DNA of 64,000 nucleotides, taken from positions 4,686 to 68,685 of the forward strand of contig JBPPMB010000044.1 in assembly GCA_051305855.1 (NCBI GenBank). The letters are read 5' to 3'. Below the pieces are notes generated by a model that was not told where the DNA came from, ran no database searches, and worked only from the letters and a program-made list of their open reading frames with translations. Position 1 is the first letter of the stretch. Every line of letters starts with the position of its first letter. Positions 8,201-16,245 of this stretch are shown in pieces. The translations under genes were made by a program, and so were the position numbers. The stretch is from Desulfuromonadales bacterium. Lineage in GTDB: Bacteria; Desulfobacterota; Desulfuromonadia; Desulfuromonadales; BM103.

Positions 8201-8323
8201 TTCGCTCAGCCAGGAGCGGACAATGCCGTCCAGGAGTCGGTCGGCAGTCAGCCAGAGACCGCCAGCCACCAACAGCAGCACCAGCAAGATCAAGCCGATC
8301 AATATGCGCACGCCTCTGCTCAT
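5285..8323 (-). CDS. ydbH: YdbH-like AsmA-family large envelope protein
   Basis: 1012 aa with an N-terminal TM helix and a long repetitive beta-rich body. The C-terminal GIDLYQLTNTFEFGEINGIADGYIHGLRL ... YRYRKIGIxCWLQND block resembles the DctA-YdbH domain. Confidence 0.7.
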   Translation of the reverse strand: MSRGVRILIGLILLVLLLVAGGLWLTADRLLDGIVRSWLSERAAVELDAEVELEKLAYADGSLHLIGLTLIRPGELRLEVAAIDVQFAWSGLLQRRISELVIHDPQLIWMAAAQETAAEPATWPQDAPLSIDSWRLENGRVELSWGERKLLLDQLAAEGGLGRQFPFAMTANIGVAPGVPASLVGNARWQDGLALTLEELSWDEKNLLAQPVSVEPGVDTALGATLGLKQLDDTEVGELLAALGEPAPWPADLHWQVTAPALEFRLRDGGLEAKLQSGAGSLQTAGQHWPWLSMTLELQGDPDSLELAATIGLAGDTSFALTGAWAEQKLNGSWSVAAESPVEFLQSIGMAMPTAAPVPSDLKMQGLIEADRNSARISKAGLVSNLGKLGTLAGDMHSEWRDRRLTLACDRLTLTSRDGKTPLAEATLSLAGTPAESDWQGNWSLQVADVTRLALSSGYPLPAGQPELQELSLQGKLRFQNERLSLPGIDLSGKLTGTGFSGRLHGRLALQTAPGMDLAIMLEAVTLDKFDYQAEDGMAGLVGGKLDLSGRLELTGERIHFDLSGQAGAGEALVDSWYGSLEGLPVNFVVKGNWLGDRQRLELSAADVDLAGLVSGRFSAVYVEGETSLSGQAEVAEMQGAFQKTLQALAGELLPGIDQASLSGRLMLEGAARQREGSWGLDLVITPTDVTIARGQDIRVDGLHGRLPVHLRQGASATDALAETANLQWTRLQAGLLNSGPGRMQLQASANRWRLQLPLKLTVAGGELSLTDLQLDLPNLVPQLRASLAVQDVELLQISRSLDWPEMGGRLNASLEEVRIAGDEISTIGDASMHVFGGDFSINNIRVESPFSRFPTYHADVDFSGIDLYQLTNTFEFGEINGIADGYIHGLRLFDGTPSAFRAKFETRSEGTRNISVKAIRNLNTLSMGGLSAALSQGIYQFIDFYRYRKIGIVCWLQNDLFHLQGTAREGSEHHLVYGGLLPPRIDVIVSSPTISFKEMMSRLKRIERADN

Positions 8324-8367
8324 AAGAATAACTCTACAGCAAGAAAGGTCTCCTGGCGCCTTATTCC

Positions 8368-9996
8368 TCAGTAATTTTCATGTCCGCTCTTGTGCAGGTA
8401 ATAATCGTAACCCCCCTCGTAGGAGATCATCTGCCCATGATCGATTGCGAACACCCGCGAAACCAGCGACCGCAGGAAATGACGATCGTGACTGACCAGG
8501 ATCACGGTGCCAGCGAAGTTTTTCAACGCTTCGAGCAGCACTTCCCGTGACTGGATATCGAGATGATTGGTCGGTTCATCGAGCACCAGAAAATTGATCG
8601 GCCGGGCCAGCAGCATCGCCAGCACCACACGGCTCTTCTCTCCCCCGGAGAGCCTGTCGATACGTTTGTCGACATCATCGCCCTGGAACAGGAAGGCAGC
8701 ACAGAGGTTGCGAATTACGCCGATCGAGACCATCGGCATGACGTCCTGAACGGTTTCGAAGACGGTTTTTTTCGGCTCGAGCAGGTCCATCGAGTGCTGG
8801 CTGAAATAGCCGAGGTTGACGTTGGCACCGATGGTCACGCTGCCGGAGGTCGGTTCGACCTGGCCGGCCAGGCACTTGAGGAAAGTCGACTTGCCGGCAC
8901 CGTTAACCCCGACCACGGCGATCTTCTCGCCACGCCGAATCAGCCCGGAAACGCCGCCGAAGACAGACTTCTGTTTGCCCTCAGCCAACGGCCAGCTCTT
9001 GGCCAGCTTGTCGAATCTGGCCGCGTCGTCGCCTGAGCGCGGCGGCTCGGCAAACTCAAATTTAACAACTTTTTGCTCGGAGGGGATTTCGATGCGCTCG
9101 ATCTTCTCCAGCTTCTTGACCCGCGATTGCACCTGGGCGGCATGTGAAGCCCGGGCAGCGAAGCGGCTGATGAAATCCTCTTCCTTGGATAGCATCTCCT
9201 GCTGGCGACGGTGGCTGGCAACCAGCTGCTCAAGGCGGATTTCCCGCTCGCGCAGGTAGAAATCGTAGTTGCCTCCATAGGTTGTAATGGTGCCGGCGCC
9301 GACCTCGATGATGCGGGTGACCAGGCGGTTCATGAACTCGCGGTCATGGCTGGTCATCAACACCGCACCCTTGAACTCGGTTGCCAGCCAGTTCTCCAGC
9401 CAGACGATCGATTCGATGTCGAGATGGTTGGTCGGCTCATCGAGCAGCAGCACATCAGGGTTGATGGTCAGGATTTTCGCCAGAGCGATGCGCATCTTCC
9501 AGCCGCCGCTGAAGCTCTCCACCGGTCGGAGGTAATCCTCGGGACCAATGCCGAGACCGGTCAGCACGGCCTGGGCGCGGTTCTCCAGGTCGTAGCCGCC
9601 GCGATGTTCGAACTCCTCCCGGGCATCGCCGTACTTCTCCAGCAGTGCCGCCAGGGCATCGTCGTCTATCGGCTCGCACATTGCCGCTTCCATGGTTTTG
9701 ATCTCTTCACCGAGCTGCATGGTGCGGGCGGAGGCCGCCATGACCTCGGCCAGCGCCGAACGGCCTGCCATCTCACCAACATCCTGGGAGAAGTAGCCGA
9801 TCACGGTCTTCCTGCTGCAGCTGATCTCACCACCGTCGGGCTGTTCTTCGCCGGTGATCAGGCGGAAGATCGTCGACTTGCCGGCGCCGTTCGGCCCGAC
9901 CAGGCCGCTGCGGCTGCCGGCAGTGATCTGAAAACTGGCATTCTGGAACAGGATATGGTTGCCGTGCTGGCGGGCAATATTGGTCAGATGTATCAT
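8368..9996 (-). CDS. ABC-F family ATPase (tandem ABC domains, no TM domain)
   Basis: 542 aa. Two Walker A motifs (GPNGAGKST, GVNGAGKST), two signature motifs (FSGGWKMR, LSGGEKSR), LLLDEPTNHLD and LVLDEPTNHLD, and an inter-domain linker. Confidence 0.9.
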   Translation of the reverse strand: MIHLTNIARQHGNHILFQNASFQITAGSRSGLVGPNGAGKSTIFRLITGEEQPDGGEISCSRKTVIGYFSQDVGEMAGRSALAEVMAASARTMQLGEEIKTMEAAMCEPIDDDALAALLEKYGDAREEFEHRGGYDLENRAQAVLTGLGIGPEDYLRPVESFSGGWKMRIALAKILTINPDVLLLDEPTNHLDIESIVWLENWLATEFKGAVLMTSHDREFMNRLVTRIIEVGAGTITTYGGNYDFYLREREIRLEQLVASHRRQQEMLSKEEDFISRFAARASHAAQVQSRVKKLEKIERIEIPSEQKVVKFEFAEPPRSGDDAARFDKLAKSWPLAEGKQKSVFGGVSGLIRRGEKIAVVGVNGAGKSTFLKCLAGQVEPTSGSVTIGANVNLGYFSQHSMDLLEPKKTVFETVQDVMPMVSIGVIRNLCAAFLFQGDDVDKRIDRLSGGEKSRVVLAMLLARPINFLVLDEPTNHLDIQSREVLLEALKNFAGTVILVSHDRHFLRSLVSRVFAIDHGQMISYEGGYDYYLHKSGHENY

Positions 9997-10002
9997 CGTC
10001 TA

Positions 10003-10043
10003 CCTCAAAAGAGCCGGGGAGCAGCTACCTTGCTGCTCCCCGG
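10003..10043 (-). promoter_or_regulatory. Terminator-like hairpin in the ABC-F 5' leader (candidate attenuator)
   Basis: Perfect 12-bp stem CCGGGGAGCAGC / GCTGCTCCCCGG (10014-10043) with a 6-nt loop. On the minus strand it is followed by CTCTTTTGAGG, which overlaps the GAGG ribosome-binding site 7 nt before the ABC-F ATG. Confidence 0.45.
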
Positions 10044-10371
10044 AAAATTGTCCTGCAGGGTGTACCGGCTTACTTGAAGGAACAAACGTACTCGGTGATC
10101 TCCGCGTTGACCGCAAAGGTGAAATACGAGATGGCGGTCACATCAGCACATTGTTCAGGCTTTTATCGATCACATCTGTCTCCTTGAAGCCAGGTTGAAG
10201 CCATTGCGTGTCTGTTTCCCACCTTCTACAACACACCATAACCTTTGTCACGCTCAAAACTTTTCTGAAATCCTTTCTTCTGCAAAAAATTGCAAAAGCC
10301 TGAAATCCGTCGAAGCGGGAAGGACTTTCTGCAGAAAATCGCAAAAAAACGCATATATTCCAAAAAACCTG

Positions 10372-10400
10372 TTGACCTGTAAGGTAAAAATGTTTTAACT
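10372..10400 (+). promoter_or_regulatory. Candidate sigma70-type promoter of aceB-aceA
   Basis: TTGACC (10372-10377), 17-nt spacer, TTAACT (10395-10400), about 80 nt upstream of the malate synthase start. Confidence 0.35.
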
Positions 10401-10480
10401 GACTAAAATAGTCATGTTTAACCTTGGACAGATGATATCACCTTACACAGATGCTTACACCATATTGCAGGGAGAGATAT

Positions 10481-12397
10481 ATGAGAACAGCAACAGCACC
10501 CGAACAGGGCCCTGGCCTACAGATCAGAAACAACCTGGCAAAAGAGTATGCGGACATCTACACACTGGAGGCGCTTGAGATTCTAACTTTCATGGCGCAG
10601 TTCAACGCTGATCAGAAGCGCCTGATGAGTGAGCGCACCCGTCGCCGTGCTGCGCGCATCAAGGAATGCAGAGCCATTACCTTCCTCGACCCTGAGTCCA
10701 CGATCAGGGGAACCGGTCTCCGCGTCCAGGATGCACGCGACGGCAAGTTTGCCGGAGCAGTGATCCCCCACGACCTGCAGCGCCAGTGGCTGCAAGGGAC
10801 CGGCCCGGCTGCCAAACCGAATGCCCCCGTCAAAGCAAACCTACGCAACGTCGCCTACGCTCTGCTTTCAGGGGCCGACGGCTGGATGTTCGATGGTGAA
10901 GACGCCCTCGGCCAGGTCACCACCATGTCTCTGGACAACCAGCGCAGCCTCAAGCTGGCCATCGCCCGCGATCCACTCTTTATTGAGGTTGCCGAGCAGG
11001 TTGCCGGAGAGATGAACAGCTGGTCCCGGGACTTTTTCGACAGGGACATCATTGCCGACTGGCGCAGCCAGCTCGACTTCACCACCAAGATCTTTCGCGC
11101 ACGCGGACTGCACCTGGACGACCGCCATATCCGGGTTGGCGGCCAGTCGCTTTCCGCCTCCGTCGTCGACATGGTGCTCTACGTGGTCAACAACTACAAA
11201 GCCCTGCTGGATGCCGGTTCTTCCATTGTTCTCTACCTGCCGAAAATCCAGACTGCCGAGGAGGCCGGTTTCTGGAACAAGCTGATGACAGCTCTCGAGG
11301 GACGTCTCGGTCTCGATGAAGGCACCATCAAAGTCTACGTGCTGGTGGAGCAACTTGAGGCGACCTTCCAGCTCATGGAAATACGCGCCGCTCTTGGCCT
11401 GCATTTCGTCGGGTTCAATACCGGGCGCTGGGACTACATCAACAGCGTCTCCGATGCCAACTGCTGGGATCCCGACTTTGTCAATCCCAACATCGAATCG
11501 ATCGTCATGACCTACGGCTATATGCGCAATTACGAGGATCGCGTACGCCGGGCCGTCAACACCCCGGATGCCAATGGCAACTGTGCCCTGTGGCAGGGGG
11601 GGATGGAGCCAAACATCCCGGTTGGCTCAGCAGAGGGCGTTGCCAGCAGCATGAAAAAAGCCAGGGCCGGTGCAGTCCGCGAACAGCAGGAAGGTGCCAG
11701 CGGCAAGTGGATCGCCCACTGGAAGATGGCGCACATCATCCGCCCGGTCTGGGAAGAGGTGGGTGATGCCAATCAGCTCGGGCGCAAGTTTCCGGCCCTC
11801 GAGTACGGCGCTGCAGCAGCAGCCGGCCTGACGCTGCTGGAGACGGCGCCTCGCACGGTGCGCGGCGCCCGCAACCTGCTGAGCGTAGGCCTGCAGTACG
11901 GCAACGCCTTTGGCCAGGGACTCCAGGCCGCAGCCCTGAAGCCGGCTGACTTTTTCGGCAACGACGACATCCTTTACCTGATGGAGGATATGGCGACCGG
12001 CGAAATCCGCCTGAGCATCCTCTGGGAATGGATCCACAAAGGGGCCGCCCTGACCGAAGACGATACCGAAACCGGCCTGAAATCTGGCGACGTCTTTACT
12101 GAAGAAATCTTCGCCCGCCTGCTCACCGAGGAGTACGCCAAGCTGCTGGCGGCGAGCAACCGCGACGTTCATGACAACTCCAAGGGTACCACGCTGCCGA
12201 TCGCGCGGGCTATTGTCGAGGCTTACGTGCTCGACCCGGTCAAAGCTCCCTGGTACATCGACCTGTTGAACATCAACCTGGACAACCAGAACCTGGATAT
12301 CGGCAAACAACGCATCGCCCTGTATATGTCGGCTTTCAAGACCGATGGCATTCGTATCACCGAAAACCTGGACACTTCACCGGCTAACGGCCGCTAG
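10481..12397 (+). CDS. aceB: Malate synthase
   Basis: LYLPKIQTAEEAGFWN ... GTIKVYVLVEQLEATFQLMEI ... GFNTGRWDYINS blocks match the malate synthase catalytic core. I prefer the start at 10481 (AGGGAGAG ribosome-binding site) over the ORF-track start at 10451. Confidence 0.8.
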   Translation: MRTATAPEQGPGLQIRNNLAKEYADIYTLEALEILTFMAQFNADQKRLMSERTRRRAARIKECRAITFLDPESTIRGTGLRVQDARDGKFAGAVIPHDLQRQWLQGTGPAAKPNAPVKANLRNVAYALLSGADGWMFDGEDALGQVTTMSLDNQRSLKLAIARDPLFIEVAEQVAGEMNSWSRDFFDRDIIADWRSQLDFTTKIFRARGLHLDDRHIRVGGQSLSASVVDMVLYVVNNYKALLDAGSSIVLYLPKIQTAEEAGFWNKLMTALEGRLGLDEGTIKVYVLVEQLEATFQLMEIRAALGLHFVGFNTGRWDYINSVSDANCWDPDFVNPNIESIVMTYGYMRNYEDRVRRAVNTPDANGNCALWQGGMEPNIPVGSAEGVASSMKKARAGAVREQQEGASGKWIAHWKMAHIIRPVWEEVGDANQLGRKFPALEYGAAAAAGLTLLETAPRTVRGARNLLSVGLQYGNAFGQGLQAAALKPADFFGNDDILYLMEDMATGEIRLSILWEWIHKGAALTEDDTETGLKSGDVFTEEIFARLLTEEYAKLLAASNRDVHDNSKGTTLPIARAIVEAYVLDPVKAPWYIDLLNINLDNQNLDIGKQRIALYMSAFKTDGIRITENLDTSPANGR

Positions 12398-12406
12398 GAG
12401 AGAAGC

Positions 12407-14662
12407 ATGAGCACATTCACTGAAGAGGTCAAGGCAACCCGTGACTGGTTTGCGAGCCCGCGCTTCAAGGACATCATAAGGCTGTACACGGCTGACCAGG
12501 TTGTCGAGCAGCGCGGCACCATCCCGGTTGACTACACCATCGCCCGGGACGCCGCAGCAGCCTTTTATGACCGCCTGCACGAACTCTTCACTGCAGACAG
12601 GTCGATCACCACCTTCGGCCCCTACTCTCCCAGCCAGGCCGTTGCTATCAAGCGCGTGGGCATCGAGGGGATTTACCTGGGCGGCTGGGCCACCTCGGCG
12701 AAAGGTTCAGGCAGCGAGGATCCAGGTCCCGACCTGGCCAGCTACCCTCTGAGCCAGGTCCCTGATGAGGCGGCGCCCCTGGTCAGGGCACTGCTCGCCG
12801 CAGACCGCAACCAGTATTTTCTGCGCCTGCGCATGAGTGAGGATGAGCGTGCGCAGACCCCCGAAAGCGACTACCGGCCATTCATCATCGCCGACGCCGA
12901 CACAGGCCATGGCGGCGATGCTCACGTACGCAACCTGATCCGCCGCTTCGTCGAAGTCGGTGTGCCCGGCTACCATATCGAGGACCAGAAGCCCGGCGTC
13001 AAGAAGTGCGGGCATCAAGCCGGCAAAGTGCTGGTTCCGGTGGACGAGCAGGTCAAACGTCTTAACGCCGCGCGTCTGCAGCTCGACATCATGCAGGTGG
13101 CCGGCATCATCGTGGCGCGCACCGACGCCGAGGCCGCCACCTTCCTGGACGGTCGCGGCGATGAACGCGATCACCAGTTCATCCTGGGCGCCACCAACAC
13201 CAACATCCCCAATTACAAGACCGCTTTCCTGGCGATCATGCGCCAGTTCCATCGCAAGGATGTTGCCGAGATCAACGGCCACTTGATGTACCGCATCTCC
13301 GAGGCGATCTATGCCGAAGCCGACAAGTGGCTGGAGCGAACCGGCCTATCCACAGAAATCGACGCAACTATCAAGGCGATGCCGACGCGCAGCACCGCCG
13401 CCATCAACGCGGCTCTCGACCACGCGGCCACCCGCCTGCTGGAACTCTGGCAGATGGAGGCCAGCCTGAAGACCTACGGAGAAGCGGTTGCCGACGTCAT
13501 GGCCTTCCACATCGATGAAGGTTCAGAACTGCCGATGACTGTCGAAGAATGGCACACCTGCGTGGAGAACTCCTCCTTCGTTGAGGCGCGTGAGAAAGCC
13601 CGCTCCATGGGCTTCAACATCATCTGGAACTGCGACATCGCGCGCACCCCCGAAGGCTACTACCAGGTCAGGGGAGGCATCCCCTACGCGATTGCAAAAT
13701 CTCTGGCCGTGGCGCCGTTTGCCGACATCATCTGGATGGAGACCAAGACCGCGGACCTGCACGATGCCAAAATTTTCGCCGACGCCATTCACGCCGTCTA
13801 CCCCGACAAGATGCTCGCCTACAACCTGTCGCCATCCTTCAACTGGGATACCACCGGCATGAGCGAAGACGAAATGCGCCGGTTCCCCGCCGAGCTCGGC
13901 AAGTTGGGTTTTGTCTTCAACTTCATCACCTACGGCGGCCACCAGGTCGACGGACTGGCGGGCGAGGAATTCGCTACGGCCCTCAAGGAAGACGGCATGC
14001 TCGCCCTGGCCCGTCTGCAGCGTAAACTGCGCCTGATCGATTCGCCTTTCAAGATCCCGCAGACCTATGTTGGCGGTCCGCGCTCCGATGCCGGCCTGAT
14101 GGCAACCTCCGGCGGCACCGCCACCACCAAGGCGATGGGCAAGGGCTCCACCCAGTTCCAGCACATGGTCGAAACCGAAGTGCCGCCGAAGCGTCTCGCC
14201 GACTGGCTCAAACTCTGGGCTGGCCACTACAGCCTGGCAGCGCAGCTCAGGGTCATCCTCAGGCCACACGTCTCCGGTTCGGAGCTGCTGGAGTTGACCG
14301 TCGTCGACGAGAGAAACGCCAGGATGGCCAACATCATCTTCGCCACCCTGCAGGACCGCCGTGACCGGAACATGCTGTCGATCCGCGACCAGAATACCTT
14401 CAGCGAGGATTTCCGGCAGAAGCGCCTGATGACCCTGGTCTCCCTGTTCCTGATTCACCGCTACAAGGTTGACACGGTGCACTACGTGACCCCCACCGAG
14501 GATAACCAGCGGCAGGCCCAGGGCATGCTCGGCCTGGGCCTCTACGAGGACATCCAGACTGAAATCGGCCAGATTATCGTGGCCCGCGTCAACGCCGAGC
14601 GGGTCAAGGAGCTGGTTAAGCCGGAAAGCAAGGAGTTGATCAAGCTCATCGCCAAGAGCTGA
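12407..14662 (+). CDS. aceA: Isocitrate lyase, long (about 750 aa, ICL2/AceAb-like) form
   Basis: [13 protein letters not shown] catalytic loop, [15 protein letters not shown]. Extra inserted and C-terminal domains bring it to 751 aa. Confidence 0.9.
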   Translation: MSTFTEEVKATRDWFASPRFKDIIRLYTADQVVEQRGTIPVDYTIARDAAAAFYDRLHELFTADRSITTFGPYSPSQAVAIKRVGIEGIYLGGWATSAKGSGSEDPGPDLASYPLSQVPDEAAPLVRALLAADRNQYFLRLRMSEDERAQTPESDYRPFIIADADTGHGGDAHVRNLIRRFVEVGVPGYHIEDQKPGVKKCGHQAGKVLVPVDEQVKRLNAARLQLDIMQVAGIIVARTDAEAATFLDGRGDERDHQFILGATNTNIPNYKTAFLAIMRQFHRKDVAEINGHLMYRISEAIYAEADKWLERTGLSTEIDATIKAMPTRSTAAINAALDHAATRLLELWQMEASLKTYGEAVADVMAFHIDEGSELPMTVEEWHTCVENSSFVEAREKARSMGFNIIWNCDIARTPEGYYQVRGGIPYAIAKSLAVAPFADIIWMETKTADLHDAKIFADAIHAVYPDKMLAYNLSPSFNWDTTGMSEDEMRRFPAELGKLGFVFNFITYGGHQVDGLAGEEFATALKEDGMLALARLQRKLRLIDSPFKIPQTYVGGPRSDAGLMATSGGTATTKAMGKGSTQFQHMVETEVPPKRLADWLKLWAGHYSLAAQLRVILRPHVSGSELLELTVVDERNARMANIIFATLQDRRDRNMLSIRDQNTFSEDFRQKRLMTLVSLFLIHRYKVDTVHYVTPTEDNQRQAQGMLGLGLYEDIQTEIGQIIVARVNAERVKELVKPESKELIKLIAKS

Positions 14663-14707
14663 CCGCTTTCGGCGCACAGAGATGAATGTGCTCAGTCCAG
14701 CCGGGCG

Positions 14708-14746
14708 CACAAAGAAAAGCGGGAGAGGACAATGGCCTCTCCCGCT
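14708..14746 (-). terminator. Intrinsic terminator of the cytochrome gene (weakly bidirectional)
   Basis: Perfect 11-bp stem AGCGGGAGAGG / CCTCTCCCGCT (14718-14746) with a 7-nt loop. The minus-strand reading is followed by TTTTCTTTGTG. Confidence 0.75.
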
Positions 14747-14795
14747 TCAGGGTGTATCCGTACGGGTCCATTTCGCAGGCCCGGGATGTCAGTTG

Positions 14796-15887
14796 TTAGT
14801 CGTGCTTCCGCTTCGATTCACGATGAAAGATGCGATCCCGGCTGTGGCCATCGTTTGAATCCTCGTAAGAGCTGTCCCTGTCGCGATCCTTGTCGCGATC
14901 CTTGCCACGGTCCTTGCCGCGAGCCTTGTCGTCATCGCTGTCGTCATCGCTGTCATTGTTGCAGCTGGACAGAGCATCCTCGATCATTTTGACCTGCTCA
15001 TCGGTTAAAGAGCTCAATCCGCTCATTCTGCGTTCTTCGCGAATCGCCTCCCTGATGTCCTTGGCATCATCACCACACACATCTGAACCAGGCAGGTCGC
15101 CGTGGCAGCTGGCGCAGCTTGTCTCGTAGATGGTGGCACCGTCGGCGTTGGCGATGTCGCAGTTCTCATCGACGGAACCGTCACAGTCGTTATCGATTCC
15201 ATCTCCGCACAGTTCTTCTGCACCCGGGAAGGTCGTGCCTTCGCTGTCGTTACAGTCCTGTGCGGTGGTACAGTCCGCCTGGGCAAAGAAACCATCTACA
15301 TCAGCATCAGTACAGGTAGACGGAGCAGGACATTTATTGCTGTCCATACCATCAATTAAACCGTCGCAGTTATTGTCAACGCTGTCGTTACAAACCTCTG
15401 CAGCGTTCGGGTTGACGGACGCGAGAGTATCATCACAGTCATTTCCACCAAATGCAATTGCGTTAAAACCATCACCATCTTCGTCAGTTACAGGGGTAGG
15501 GGTAGGGTCTACTGGGCAAGACAAGTCAGCACCACTGCAGTCCTCGTCAACGCCGTTGCCACAGATTTCAGTTGCACCGGGATTGATGGAAGCATTGGTG
15601 TCGTTGCAGTCGTCAGGAACGGCGTAATTATCATTGTCAGCATCAACAGGTGCAGGTACAGGACAGAAATAGTCTGTAAGGGTTGCACCACCTGCCGAAT
15701 AAGCGGATTTTGCGGGGGTTGGTGCACCTCTATCATTTAGATGACATAGAGTACAGTCGCCAGTGTATGGAGCAAGTGGAGCGCAAGCATTGTTGACATC
15801 AGTGCCGTAACCACCAAAGCCGAAAGCGACCGAGGCGGTCATTACCAATGCCAGTGTTAAACATACGAAAATTGCGTTCTTCATCAT
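14796..15887 (-). CDS. Secreted Cys-rich protein with three MopE-type putative metal-binding repeats and two CxxCH haem-c motifs
   Basis: Signal peptide MMKNAIFVCLTLALVMTASVAFG. CTLCH and CASCH motifs. Three repeats of the form D.D.DG....DC(N/D)D....(I/V)(N/F)PGA.E.C.(N/D).(V/I)D(E/N)(D/N)CDG. The C-terminal tail is highly charged and low-complexity. Confidence 0.7.
   Translation of the reverse strand: MMKNAIFVCLTLALVMTASVAFGFGGYGTDVNNACAPLAPYTGDCTLCHLNDRGAPTPAKSAYSAGGATLTDYFCPVPAPVDADNDNYAVPDDCNDTNASINPGATEICGNGVDEDCSGADLSCPVDPTPTPVTDEDGDGFNAIAFGGNDCDDTLASVNPNAAEVCNDSVDNNCDGLIDGMDSNKCPAPSTCTDADVDGFFAQADCTTAQDCNDSEGTTFPGAEELCGDGIDNDCDGSVDENCDIANADGATIYETSCASCHGDLPGSDVCGDDAKDIREAIREERRMSGLSSLTDEQVKMIEDALSSCNNDSDDDSDDDKARGKDRGKDRDKDRDRDSSYEDSNDGHSRDRIFHRESKRKHD
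14880..14951 (-). repeat. In-frame 12-bp tandem repeats encoding the charged tail
   Basis: Four units of GYCRCGRKCCTT (14880-14927; the first two are identical, GTCGCGATCCTT). These are followed by two identical units of GTCGTCATCGCT (14928-14951). They encode (G/D)KDR-type and SDDD repeats. Confidence 0.9.
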
Positions 15888-16118
15888 TTCTTTCTCCTTT
15901 TGTGATTGATGCTCATTCTGAATTAGATGAGGCTGGTGGATGCCGTTTTGCTTTGTCCAATCGTGCTGTTCAGCTCCTTTCCTGGTGCAGACTGGAGAAC
16001 AGTGTCTTCAGAACCCATCCCCCCACGTAACTTGCTTGCCATTTTGTTGCTGCGTTATGCTCAGGTTCATCAACAATGAACCGGATTTTTCTGCGTTGTG
16101 ACAGGCTGGCTTGTGAGA

Positions 16119-16245
16119 ACAAAAAAGCCAGCTCGCCTTATATCTGTCAGATACTTCGGCAACCCGGCTATCTCAGTGAGACCCTGTAGGCTTTCCGCCC
16201 CATTCTCGCGAATGGTTTAGTATTATCGACTATCACTTAACGATG
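16119..16245 (-). promoter_or_regulatory. Candidate riboswitch-like leader: GEMM-I-like motif plus intrinsic terminator
   Basis: The minus strand reads AAACC-AUUC-GCGA-GAAU-GG-GGCGGAAAGCC (16189-16220). That is a GNRA-capped hairpin with the same flanks as the c-di-GMP-I core AAACC..GNRA..GGGACGCAAAGCC. It is followed by a 12-bp stem AGCCGGGUUGCC / GGCGAGCUGGCU (16169-16126, one mismatch, one G-U) and UUUUUGUU. Confidence 0.35.

Noticed and set aside
10071-10142. 23-codon GTG-initiated frame (MTAISYFTFAVNAEITEYVCSFK) as a leader peptide for ABC-F attenuation
   Set aside because: No Shine-Dalgarno site, a non-ATG start and nothing to compare for conservation. The two ATG-TGA start-stop pairs nearby are equally unsupported.
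14880-14951. Short tandem repeats as a CRISPR-like or regulatory array
   Set aside because: The units are contiguous 12-mers without spacers and lie in frame inside a coding region. They are coding microsatellites, not CRISPR.
15966-15985. Possible third copy of the MITE-like element (shares TTCAGCTCCTTT)
   Set aside because: Only a 12-nt match that is essentially a Shine-Dalgarno-complement string. No terminal repeats or other element blocks are nearby.
16150-16190. CUGAGA motif suggesting a TPP (THI-box) riboswitch
   Set aside because: The rest of the THI-box consensus is absent (ACCUGAUCUGGAUAAUGCCAGCG and the pyrimidine-sensor helix).
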